A stretch of DNA of 64,000 nt, taken from the NCBI GenBank assembly GCA_023213395.1, contig CM041465.1:120783741-120847740 (forward strand). Reading direction: 5' to 3'. The position numbers were made by a program, and so were the translations under genes. The stretch comes from Cycas panzhihuaensis. Taxonomy: Eukaryota > Plantae > Cycadophyta. Positions 1-11,960 of this stretch are shown here, piece by piece. The notes under the pieces were generated by a model. It was given only the letters and a program-made list of their open reading frames with translations. It made no database searches and was not told the origin of the DNA. Within the stretch, counting starts at the first letter, position 1. Each line of letters starts with the position of its first letter.

Positions 1-843
1 ATCTGACCTTAATGTGCCAATTGAGTAGCCAGATTCATTTTCTACTTCCGCCTTGAACTCTTTGAACTTGGAGAAGGCTTCTGATTTTTGCTTTAGCAAG
101 TAGACCCAGACTTTGTGAGAGAAGTCATCAATGAAAGATATATAGTACAATGCTCCTCCAAAGGATTGGGTGGACATGGGTCCACACAAGTCTGAGTGAA
201 CTAACTGCAAAGGATAAGATGCACGCCATGCTTTGCCTTTAGGAAAAGGCAGTCGATGTTGTGTCCCCATTATGCAAGCTTCGCAAAGACATTTTGAACC
301 ATACATCTTTAGAAGCCCATACACCATGCTTTTGTTTATCATCTGCTTGGATTGTCTAGGCTTAAATGTCCTAGACGTTGATGCCATAATCGAATTTTTG
401 ACAAAGATGTGGAACCGAGTAAGCGTAATCAAGAGTAATGTTATTGGCATCTAACTTATAAAGACCTTGATCCTCATAGGCTACTGACGATCTGGTCATC
501 TTTGTCACAAATGATACATTTCCCATTTTTAAATAGTACGCTCATTTGTTGTTTGTTCAACTGGCTAACAGATAGCAGATTCTTCTCCATAGAAGGAATG
601 AAGTAGGCATCACTGTTGGGAAATGAAGAGGAAGGATGAAAAGGAGCTATCGTGCCTATTCCTGAAATCTCAACTAATTCATTATTTCCAAAGGTCACTG
701 ATTGACCTTTACCTTCCTTGATGTTGCATAGGAGTTCTTCACTCCCAGTCATATGTTGAGAAGCTCCCGAATCGACAATCCAAGTGTTATCAATGTTGCA
801 TGATTGGTATGCACAGAACAATTTGTCTTCATTGGCAAACTGA
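1..843 (-). pseudogene. pol: Copia pol of element A (protease, GAG-pre-integrase, integrase core start), frameshifted
   Basis: ORF 474-821 has DSGASQHMTG. WHQRLGHLS near 385 and CEACIMGTQHRLPF...LVHSDLCGPMSTQSFGGALYYISFIDDFS lie in shifted frames. Confidence 0.9.
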
Positions 844-1815
844 TTAAAATGGCATTGGTAGCCACCTCTTTGACCCCCCCTGCCTTGATAGGCACCTCGA
901 TTTGGTCGAGGGGGATTCTGCTGCTGATCTGGCTGTTGGAACCTTTGTTGAAACTGTTGTCGTGGCTGCTATTGTCTTTGACCCTGGTCGCTTGCTTCTT
1001 TGTTGTCTTCGAAGATCCGCTTGCTTCTTTCTGCAATCAGGTGCAATGTGGCCAGGTTTGCCACAATAATGACATACGACGTTGGACTTGGAAGATCCAA
1101 TGTTCATATTTCCAAACTGCTTTGTGAATGCAGGTTTGGATTTTTGATTTGCCTTTGCTTTTGCTGTGAAAGCACCTGTTGTAGATGGTTCTTCATTATC
1201 CTTAGCATAAATTTGTTCTTCTTGAAGCAATAAGCTTTCAAGTTCATTGAATGCCATCTCCCTTAGTGAACCATCTCGTGTAGTTGATGATATAAAGCCG
1301 TTGTAGTCCTTTGGTAATGCTTTTATGATGGAGGCTACGATTTCATCTCTTGTAGCTGGACTACCTAAAATATTTAATTCATTACAAACCTCCTTAATGG
1401 AGGACAAGAATGTCGACATTGGCTTTACAAATTTGATGGAGTACAATTTTGCTTTTATCATCAAAATGCGAGCTTCATCTCGCCTTTCATACAAAGAGGA
1501 CAATGTGTCCCATGCTTCTTTAGAAGATTTTGTAGAAGAAATATTTTGGTCTACATTTATGTCCACAACCATACGAATGAATGCCAAAGCAATTTCGTCT
1601 TTGGCCTCCCATGCAGCAACATGTTCATCATCTACAGGTGCATGTTGAATTTCATCATTATTATCCACAGGTGCAGGATTGGGGATTCTTCCAGAAACAT
1701 ATCCCCAAAATTCATTCATTATCAAGAGATTTTTTGTGATTCTTTTCCATTCTTGATAATTTGATTTCCCTGTTAGCCTTATGGTACATGCATTAAGCAT
1801 GTTTATGGCAGCCAT
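844..1815 (-). CDS. gag: Copia Gag of element A (UBN2-type capsid plus CCHC zinc knuckle); true frame lost after ~1000 by a 1-nt indel
   Basis: 323-aa ORF: LTGKSNYQEWK...FWGYVSG, SKEAWDTLSSLYE, CHYCGKPGHIAPDC. The +1 frame continues as a Q/RGG-rich linker (QQPDQQQNPPRPNRGAYQGRGGQRGG) into the protease, with one TAG. Confidence 0.9.
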   Translation of the reverse strand: MAAINMLNACTIRLTGKSNYQEWKRITKNLLIMNEFWGYVSGRIPNPAPVDNNDEIQHAPVDDEHVAAWEAKDEIALAFIRMVVDINVDQNISSTKSSKEAWDTLSSLYERRDEARILMIKAKLYSIKFVKPMSTFLSSIKEVCNELNILGSPATRDEIVASIIKALPKDYNGFISSTTRDGSLREMAFNELESLLLQEEQIYAKDNEEPSTTGAFTAKAKANQKSKPAFTKQFGNMNIGSSKSNVVCHYCGKPGHIAPDCRKKQADLRRQQRSKRPGSKTIAATTTVSTKVPTARSAAESPSTKSRCLSRQGGSKRWLPMPF

Positions 1816-3710
1816 CTTTCCACTTGATTAAGAGCTAACAAGTAACTTGGTGACTTCAAAGCTTCGTCGCTTAAGACCCACCCTCAAACAACACCACCAG
1901 TCTTGATTTTACAAGAAGATCCAACAACTAGTGGGGTGAAGAGAGGTGGAGGACTCTGGCTATTGAGTTGACCCAAAGTTAAGTGTAGCAGAGGCAAGGA
2001 TTTGACCTTTTTCGAGCCTCTCCAATTCAATTTTAAATTCACTTTTAAACAAGTCTAAGTGAATTTTTAATGTCCTTGTACTTGGAATTTTATGCCTTTT
2101 GGCTTACAAAGAATGCTTCTTAAGAAGCAATGAAAGAATGAGCACAAAAAAAAAGATTTCAAGTGCTTTATGATCCAAGTGAGGTGCTATGTATGCTTGA
2201 GTACAATGATAAAGTACTTTGAGTACTTAAAAGAAAATGATGCAAGGAACCTTTGATGAAGATAACAAAAATGGGTTCCTTTTAACCTTCAAAATCTGAT
2301 GAAGTGATGAAGCCACAAGGAAGGTGTACTCAAGAAATGCTCCAAAAGCCAACACGAACTCCACGCAGCGGCTGTTGAGACTTAAAATGTCTCAACAATC
2401 CAACAAGAAAATTGTGATTTTATTAAGTTTCAAATTGAGCCTTCCCTTTTTGAACTTATGAAGGCCAAGGTCACCATGCAAGGTGCCAAAAAAATGAAGT
2501 TAGGTGATAGTTTTCTTCACCTTTACAATGTAGATATGCCTTTTGATTACATTAATTAAGCTCAATGATGCTTTAATAGCATGAAAGTGTGCTAAAAGAG
2601 CTTAAAACAAGTGCTGAAAATCAACTTTTTAACAATTTTGCCTCCTTAGAACACCACGCAGGGAGTCTTTTTAGGCATTAACGCAAAGTTTTTGAGTCTC
2701 CAAGTAAGTGAGTTCAAGTTAGTATTGGTGATTTAATGAAATCACTCAATACTTAAAAGATTTTTAGCTTCAAAAGTACAAAAAAGTGATTTTTCTCTTA
2801 ATAAATTTAAGCTAAGGTCACTATGCAAAGTGCCTTGATTTAAAAATTTGACTTAGTAAGAGAAAAAGAACACTTTTAATGTATAAAATACTTGAAAGAG
2901 ACTTGATTGTTCTTAAATAAAGTCAGAAAAATTAAAAATCATTAAATACCCTTTGATTTTGGGTTAAAAAATGATTTTGGTAATTTAAAAGACTTTAAAT
3001 AAGAGATTTAAGTGATAACTTTAGGAAAAAGATAAATTAAAAAGAGAATATTCTTATGAATATTCTATTTCTTATAACCTAAAGTTATAAAGAAATGTTT
3101 TTTAAAAAATCGATTTTACGAAAATGCGATTTCCGTAAACCTGCGGCGGCAGAAAAACAGTCCTTCTGAGTGATTTTTCTCACCGATCGAAGGCAGACTT
3201 CAGAAAATGACTTCAGATCTGGACAACTCTCAGCATTCTGAGCATTCTGAGTAGTATATGTTGGCACTTTCAGTGAGTGCTTCAAAATAAAGTGAGAAAA
3301 AACGACGGCAGGCGGCGGCGACTTCCAAAATACTCAGAAGCTTGAATCTTAGTGAATACACAGCAGATCAAGCTGAAATTTCAGATGAGGGGCTGCACTG
3401 CTGAGAAAAAGATTGCTATCAATTTTCATGTCATTTGGTTGCTTGTGGGCTCCACAGTGAGCAAAACGAGAAAATGGAGGGCGCCCTTGTGGTTGAGAAG
3501 AAATGGCAGCCGTACGGCTATGTAGGGGCTAAAAACTTTCAACAAGATGCTTCAAGTTTCTTCTGTGGATGCTTCTACAGCTGCATACAGCGTCAGATCT
3601 TGGACAGCCAGCTAGAATGAGTGAAAAATGAGTAAAAAACCCCTGTTTTTGATGAAAAAATTCACTAAAAAATAGTGAATAAAGCTCCTCCTTCTAAAAA
3701 AAAAACTCCA

Positions 3711-3722
3711 GCTCTGATACCA
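3711..3722 (-). promoter_or_regulatory. Primer binding site (tRNA-iMet) of copia A
   Basis: Plus-strand GCTCTGATACCA, 2 nt from the LTR end. Confidence 0.95.
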
Positions 3723-3724
3723 AT

Positions 3725-4314
3725 TGTGAAAAAATGGGCATTAAGCCACATTAGTCCCAAGAACTTAAGTGAGAGCACAATACCACAAATGCATGAAGCA
3801 TAAAACACAAAGAACACAAAAAGAAATAGGAGCAAGATCAAGATACCATGAATGGGAGTTGGAATTAGTCCAACCACCAAAGAATGCTTCAGCTTGATTA
3901 GCAAACTGACAGAATAACAATGAGCTCCAACTCTTGAGATGAGCAACAATGAAGAGAGGCCTCATTAAATAGAGGAAGATGAGAGGCCAAAGGCTATTGC
4001 ATGATTGATAAGTGTCAATCATGCAATGCATGCTTGCATGTAGGACAAGTGTCCATTGGGAGCTCTTGTGAGCAAAAGTGCAAGGGGGTCATTTGACCCT
4101 CAAGTGACAACGTTATGTCACTAAACATAAAGTGGGTGTGTACTTTATCACTTAAGTGATAAAGTCACACCTAAAGTACAAAAGTGCTAAAGTGCACACA
4201 TAATACAAGACTAGAAAGTACATTAGCTTAACATTATAAACATAAGGTAAACCATGAGGTTTAACAGTTAATGGGTCACGGGTAAACCATGCAATGAAGC
4301 ACACCCTCTCAACA
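3725..4314 (-). repeat. 5' LTR of copia A (~590 bp)
   Basis: Minus strand starts TGTTGAGAG and ends CACA next to the PBS. The partner LTR is outside the window, so the outer end is inferred from TG...CA. Confidence 0.75.
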
Positions 4315-7300
4315 CTACCCCCACCCCCCCCCCCACCAAAAAACAAAAAATTCAAAGAAATTATAACAGAGGCAATATGTGCATATAGCTTCCATGTAAA
4401 TGTAAGATCTGCATGATTAGAAGAGATATGGGATTTCCAAAATGTATTTCTAATGATAGGCCATTGTTTCTTATCATGCAATAAGTAGGAAGTAACAGGG
4501 CACAAGGGATAAGCACATAGGAGTAAAAATGAGGTGATGAGATTCAATGCAAGTGAGGGACCTAAAAATGGATGCTAAAAGAAGACCGTAATGTGCCAAG
4601 GGAATGATTTTTGAGAGGTAAAAGTAACTGCATTGGATATGATCACAGATATTTTTAATGTCCAACAACATAGGAAAAATATTGATGCGAAAGGCTGTGA
4701 TGGTGATCAATGAGGATGGTAATAAATTTGAATAGTTGTCATATTAGTAACTTATTTGCTGGATAATTTATATCGTATTTGTCGCCAATATATATCCAAA
4801 ATGTAGGAAATTGGAAGTGCTTCTCGATTGTACCCTGTATTGAGCCAAATACAGAGGTATCTGACACTATATTCCATTACAGTATGTCTTGGATGGCTGT
4901 ATTCAGGAATGTTTTGGGCATACCAAGGAATATTCTAGCTATGTGTGGATTTTACCTTGACTATTGAAAAAATAAATAAATAAATAATGGTATTTTATTA
5001 AAAAGGAAGAAAACATTAAAAAGCATTTTAGAAATAATAACTTGTTCAAGATTTGCCACCATTTGTAGCAGTATTTTTGCTACTTCAAAAGTTGGTTGTA
5101 TCCCTATATCCTAAAATTTCAATATTACCCCATCCATTCCTGTTCTTTTTCCAATTGATGTTTTTATTCTCGTGTTTTTAGTTACTTACTAACTAATAGG
5201 ACAAAATAAAACTATCAAGTGAAGTGGGTGGAATGGGTGTGGCTGGGCAGGAGCTATAGCAGCAGTTGAGATAACTGAGGGAGGGAATGTTGAGAAGGAA
5301 GGCACCAAATGAGGAAGGGGACATGAGAAGTAGGAAGGAATGATGGACATTCAGAGAACATATGGATGATTGAATGAGAGGGGTCATAAATAGGGTTTCA
5401 CAAGGAAAAGGAGTGCCAATTGCAAGAGTGGGGCCCAAAATGGACCTGAAGAGTCAACCAATGATGGGTGAAATGAGGGTGGTTCCAAAGATGATTATCC
5501 TCTTTGAATGTGGTTGTGGAGGTTTGTGAAATCCAACAAAAGGAAAAATATGATATGATGACATGTGATGGCCTTTTGTAGTGGCAACAAATGCAAAGCA
5601 AAAAGGCTGTGATGGTAATAATAACTATAGAAAAAACAAGGGTGGAGTGACTTTGGAAGGTATTTTTCTTAGCTTGTCCAATGGACAATGAAAAAGAAGA
5701 TGGATATTGTTGTTTCTGATTGCAGAACCCATTGAACAAAATTCCTTGGCAAGTTGGCTATTAACCTACTAGGCCAGTCTTCTTTTGTCTTGAAGATTCA
5801 AGTGGGTCTGGATTATTAGTTGAATGCCACTGTTCAAAAGAAGAAAAATTAATGTTAGCGGATTTCCTTTGCTTTTGATTTAAAATAGCTTCTAACATCT
5901 CCTACAACAGGCAAGTGCAGCTCTATAGAGCCACGGTAATTTGGTTTCCAATGAAATTTCATTTCTTGCGAGGGCAACATCAATGAAGTACATAGAGTTG
6001 TTGATGCCTCAATTGTAATAATCTCCAAATGAGTAACTAGTCTAGATGTTGTGCTGGAACATCTAATAGCTGGAGTTAAAATTCAGCATTTGTGTCTTCA
6101 TAGTTTTGTTATCAAGTGTTAGAATTAATGTTTATTTGGTTTTTGTGAACATGCATCATCTACTATGACTCTACATTCATGGCTCAACTATCGGTGATTG
6201 ATTTTCTAGTATGGTTTACTATTTATGTGTTTGCTTTCTCGTGCAGCATAATAACTGTGATATTTACACAGTTAAATGTGACACAAGTATGTGCATTTCT
6301 AGGTAAGCCCATATAATTCCCCCATGACAAATTGAAAATGTGTGGACAGCCTAATCCATGGGCAGCATAAAATCAGGCTGTAGGCCATTCTGTGTAGCAG
6401 TGGTTCCTTTTTGTGTCCAGCATAAACCAATAATGCTAAACAGAGGTTGTAGTCGTAGGAATTCACAAAGGTACTGAAATATTTCTGTTGTAAAATTAGT
6501 AGGAACTACACCCAAGATTGCTATGGAGATGTATGCTTTGTAAACAAATGTGGTAGTATTTTTATGTTGGAACTTCAATTAGTTGAAAGGAAGTGTTCAT
6601 TTTCTAATTATAAATATGTTATGCAGGAGCCTCGACTTGGTAGATGGGGCCGGATTCAGGCTGCTCGTAATGGTGTTGCATTGTACCCAATTGATCTTCT
6701 ATGATGCACGTAACAGTGTAAAATGAAGAGAAGTGGTTATTAGTTTTTGTTTCAACTTGAGGTTTCATTATTTATTTCAGCATCCTCCCTGTTGAATGTA
6801 GTGGATCAGACAGATAAGTCTACCAAGCTAGATGGTTGCTTCAACATCATATTCTCGGTATGGGAAACTCCATTTCATTACCATGTTATGCCCATCTTAC
6901 TCTGAAATTGCAGTACATTTGAAAGATGTTTTGCAAATTTTTAGATTATGTGAGATTATTTTTGCCCAGTAACGGTATGGGCCGAGAAAATAGACTATGT
7001 TGTATCATAGCATATTTGTGTAAATGAATGGGGGAGAGCTTCCTAATTTAATGCTCTCATTGCACTTGCACGTGCTGCTATTTACAAATTAAAATCACTT
7101 GTTTTTTTTTTCTTAATTTGATCCATTATCTGTTGCCATTAGAAATGGATCAAATGAGATCATTCCACAAACGATTTGCTACACCTTAATAAAGAAAAAG
7201 CAGCAGTTTTTAGTTTGCTTTCTTCCCAGTGCTTTGGCAACACATTTTTTCTGTCGCTGAACTGCAAAATTTATGTAAGATTGCATGTTAAATTTTGTAT

Positions 7301-9570
7301 GCTAGAAGTTTAAAAGCCTAGGCATACAGATTGAAGTGCCTTTAAAATTTGGAGAGAAGAATCTGTATCATGCATGCATAATGATTATATTCACAATTAT
7401 CTCATTTTAAGTGGTGGAGATACTACAAAACATTGCAAATTTTATTCAAATATAGAAGCAGCTGTTATCTAAGTGCCATTTAGGAAATGTGTTTTCTTGA
7501 GCAAATACCCAGACACGAACAAAAGAGCACACACACACATTTATGGTTTCTACTCTTTAGGTCATCTTGACGCTACAAAATTTAAATTAGGTGGGGGTGC
7601 AATTTTAAATTGTAGAACATCTGTTGTTAAAAGATGGTCGAATGAGCTAATGAGTAGAAGGCACTCTATTACAACCCATACATTGAAGACCAAGTATACG
7701 CTACTAAAAATTACAGTTGGACAAAATTAGAATTTTAGTGTATGCAGTGCTGAACTGTAACATGTCATCAAGTCTTGGCAACATCATCAAAACTTCCATG
7801 CAATGAAATGGTTTTCGGCTATAAAACAAACACAACTTTATGTTAATGTAATTCAATTTATGCAAGATACAAAAATAGTTTCATTAAAGATGAGAAGGGA
7901 AATAAAAGATGAGAAGAGAAACACTCGATGACAAATTTTAGTAGGGAACAAGGAAGAAGCTAACCATCAATAATGACCAAATGATAGCACTGCAATAAGG
8001 AAAAAACCGACCACAAATGATTAGAACAAGGGCAGTTTCATTACATGCGCCCTACATCCAACTTGTAGTTGGAGGTCAGTGCATTCTGCTGACCATGTTT
8101 CGCTGACAGTACTTCTTGTTACATCCATTCGGTAGTAGTGGTTTTCTCCATGTGGAAATTTTTGTCAATAGCTACATACAAATAGTCAGAAGCTCACTTA
8201 CAGAATTAAATGTGAATAACTCATTCCCACAACTGCCTTCTACTTTTCACTTTGCCTTAACGCATGTAAAAGACAACATGAAAGATTGTAAAAAGTCAAC
8301 AGACACTTAATGAAGTAAAGAGGCAAGCCATATTAATATGCTTTTGAATTTAACTTTTAGAAATGATGGCGGCCTTCATTAGACATTGCATCTCTTTTAA
8401 TACACTTGGTCTCCTTTGGGCTTATGGGCATGTTCTCTCTTTTAGGCCTACAAGAAGGATAGATGACATTTTCTGGTGTCTTATTTTGTTCTTCCCTTGG
8501 ATAAGAATATTTCTATTGATGATCACTAGGCGACCAATTCATTGTATCAACTAATCAATAGTTTGTTAACAAATTTTGGGTATGAACATTTACAATATTT
8601 ATTGATTTATGCATTATAGGATTAATATCTTGGGACAACTATGATCATGGGAATCTAGTTGTTCAAAGCTTTCTTTGACCAATTAATATGAAAGATTGGG
8701 TGTATTCTTTGTAGGGGACAAGAAATGCACCATTGATATTTGATAAAAGCATAGGCTTTTGAAAGACACATTTGGTTTACAATGCATGATCAAAGTGAAT
8801 AATCTAACCAAATTCAGTCTTTGCCTATAAGAACATTGGTTGATAAGTTGACACAAGGATAAAGAGTATGGTTTACAAATAACAATCTCAATGTATTCAT
8901 AATAGAGTTCTATTTATCCAGAAGAAGACAGCTCAATTTATCTCAAACAATAGTTGGTTGATCAATGATAGAGTTGTGTTTATCTATTATAAAGTTGGTT
9001 GAAGAGTAAACAACGCCGAACAAATCATTGATTATTAGCAATTAATAGCTAGTTAATACCAACAAAAATATAATTATTATGTGAATTGAATGATTAACAA
9101 ATAGTCTACTTTGGTCAAAATACAATGAGTGATAACCATTAGCTATCCTTTTTAGCAACCAATGGGAATGTAGGGTATATATACTTAGTTGTGTAGCATG
9201 AGATGCATATTAATTTGGGTGAGTACTTGCATTGTTTTTTGCCATTGATTAGAATTGTCAAAAAATTCTAGTTGATAGCAACATATTGATAAAATATTAT
9301 GATTTTGTCCATTTGTTATGCCATGTGTATTGAAGTCATGGATTTGTAAACCAAGCCGAGTGAAAGGAAAGTAGGCATGATGAATATGTAGGATTGATAT
9401 TGTCATTGAGTAGGGCTTTCATGATATGAATGCACTAGTATTTTGTAGGGAATTGGTAGCCTAATAATTTTGGCTCTCTTACTTTCATAGATATGTGGAG
9501 TCTATTAGAAGAGTAAAAAAAATTGTTCACAAAGTAGAAAAAAAGTACTAAGTAAAAAATTTGTTAGGAG

Positions 9571-10063
9571 TGTGTGTTGAGAAATTATAGTGGTCGACAA
9601 AAGTTAGTTGCAACCAGATGACTATAACGAAAAAGAAAGTAATCACATTGAAAAGCAATTAGTGATTGGAAGTCGGTATTTTGTGTGGGAACGATTGCAA
9701 CCAACCATAGAATTGGGGTTACTTCCAAGATGTGAAAAAGGAATAAATGTAAACAAATTTTGAAAATATGTGTGTGCATTAAGGTAATTGTTGATCACAA
9801 AGTGCCACGCACCTATGTATTGTAACATAACTTGCTGTGTATTGTATCTGCAAAGGGCTCTATGTACTGCTTTGGGTTGGCGTCTAGTTATGAGAGAACC
9901 AGACGCAACCCGTCATTAAAGAATGATTATGGTTTTTTCCCTCAATTGATGGATTGATGTACGTTTTTTAGTAAATGTATGATAGAGTTGATTGATACTT
10001 GTGACTATTTTATGTCTACTTATAGGTTTATGCATAATAGTATATAATAAGTAGAAGCACACA
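9571..10063 (+). repeat. 5' LTR of gypsy J
   Basis: TGTGTGTTGAGAAATTATAGTGGTCG...GTAGAAGCACACA aligns with 19503-19961. Confidence 0.95.
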
Positions 10064-10064
10064 C

Positions 10065-10078
10065 TGGTTTCGTTGTCG
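10065..10078 (+). promoter_or_regulatory. Primer binding site, probably tRNA-Glu
   Basis: TGGTTTCGTTGTCG, 1 nt after the LTR. It differs by two C>T changes from TGGTTCCGTTGCCG, the complement of the plant tRNA-Glu 3' end as recalled. Confidence 0.7.
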
Positions 10079-10605
10079 TCTGAACTCATGATATGTAGAA
10101 TGGATAGAGTTGAGTAGAGTATTGAAGTCCTCTTCTATGCGACCCAGGGCGAAAGTTGAATCACGCCATGATCAAAAGGAACACTAGGAGAAAGATAGGC
10201 TCCAAACAGAAATACGAAGGCTCAGATTTGCAATCACACCAAAAAGGCAAGTGAAGAGGGCGACCATCTACATACTCAACAGAGAGGAGAAAGTCAAAAA
10301 ATAATAGTGAGGCAAAGGAACAAAATCTGGACGTGACTGAAGCATAGGCAGAAGATAGAAATGATCAGAGGTGTGCAACAGAAGAGAAATTTGTAAAGAA
10401 TGAACTAGAGCAAGCAACGTGTGTGGAAGGATGAAGCCAACAAGATTCCATTGAAAAAGGAAACTTGCAGAAAGAAGGAACAATAGTGTCAAAGGAAAAT
10501 TCTATTGAATTAGGAATATATAGTGTTATTGAACAAACTTGGAATCATCATTTACTAGAAATTTGAACTTTGAGTCTCACAATAAATCCTCTTTTCAAAC
10601 TACCA

Positions 10606-11900
10606 ATGGCAAGTTCAGGTAGCATCATGGGAGGAATGACGAGTAATAATACACCACACGTAGGACAAAGCAAGGTACTAGGTGAAGCAACTCAAGGAGG
10701 TATAACCCCCTATATCATTGTATAAAGTAATTTGATGTTTTCAAGCCTACAATTTGATGAAATCACAGATCTAGGTGATCATTTGGCTCTATTTAAAAAT
10801 ATGATCATGATTAAAAGGATTGTGGATCAAGGAGAAATAAAGGCTCATTTTTTTTCAACGTTGAGAGGGTCAGCCGTTGTATGGTTCCAATACGTAACAT
10901 CATAGCAGTTAAATTGGAATCAATTACAAGAACAGTTTTTTAACAGATTTCAAAAGCTAAGGGACCCAATAGTTATTTTATAAGCTTTGGAAGAAATTTG
11001 GCAATATCTTACGGAATCTTTCAATGATTTTAATGGAAGAATGATAGTTATTATGAATAAAATGCAATCCACAACTACAATAAATCCCATGCTGGCAATG
11101 AAATACTTTGTGTAAAGACTAATACCACAACTTAGAGACAAGGTAATGTTATATCTAATAAATAGTTATGAGTAGGTCAAGGAGTTAGCTTTGAAGTTTG
11201 AAAAAAATGAAATCAACCTACTCTTAAATGGCAATGCAATCATCAACATATTTTCCAATAACGGGCTTTGGAACATAGCCTATGCAGACACTACAAATGG
11301 GTACTAACCTAAAGATTGAAGCATTAAAGAAAGAGGTAGAGGCATGAAAACAACAACTACCAGTTTTTGTTCCAGTTAGTATGCAACTAAATTAGGAGTT
11401 AGAAAAGCTACGTGTAGAATTGTCCCGTCTAGGACTAGAAAAATCAAGAGAAAATATTTGGTGTCCCATGCCTTGCAATAAGCAAGGACACCCAAAGAAC
11501 AAACATGGAGGATCTGTGAAATAGTGCAATAATTGTTGAAATGTTATTTTAGTGTATTTCCAAAAAACAGAACATGGAATGATAAAATAATACAAAGGGA
11601 AAACAATATCAATTCATTGTTTTCTATGTTAAAGATGGGGACATTATAGATCTGAATGTCCACTAAAGAAAATGATAAGAGTCCATTTACGAAGAATGTA
11701 GGCCAACAGATCACAAATAGGCAAATTGCCTAAAGAATAATAAAGTCCAAAATGCAAATTTAGTAAACGTAGTCTTGGACCAAGAAAAACCTACATATTT
11801 TCAAACACGTAGTGGTAGAACAATGGAATCTTTTTTTCAAGATAATTTTTTATATCCAATAGTTGAAAAATAGTGGTTACAAGAAGTAATAAAAATTCTT
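10606..11900 (+). pseudogene. gag: Gypsy J gag (capsid plus several CCHC-like knuckles)
   Basis: FDEITDLGDHLALF...FFSTLRGSAVVWF...WNQLQEQFFNRF; HCFLC*RWGHYRSECP near 11615; scattered stops. Confidence 0.85.
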
Positions 11901-11960
11901 CAAGAAGCCATAGGAGAAGCACAATAAGAGGATTTCCAATAAAAATAAAGATTCAAAGGC

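Larger units (their letters stand above)
1..4314 (-). mobile_element. Ty1/copia LTR retrotransposon A, 5' part (5' LTR, PBS, long leader, gag, protease, start of integrase); continues beyond window start
   Basis: LTR 3725-4314 (TG...CA). PBS TGGTATCAGAGC at 3711-3722 (minus). Gag ORF with CHYCGKPGHIAPDC knuckle, protease WIVDSGASQHMTG, WHQRLGHL, and integrase LVHSDLCGPM...FIDDFS...LRSD, in copia order. Confidence 0.95.

Noticed and set aside
960-1030. Possible programmed +1 frameshift between gag and pol in copia A
   Set aside because: No Ty1/Ty3-type slippery heptamer is present, the shifted frame has a TAG, and further indels occur downstream. Decay or sequencing indels are simpler explanations.
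233-1764. Plus-strand ORFs antisense to copia A gag-pol
   Set aside because: These are shadow ORFs of the coding strand with no independent homology.
8030-8240. Minus-strand exon-like segment
   Set aside because: No frame gives a recognisable protein, and no matching donor site could be established.
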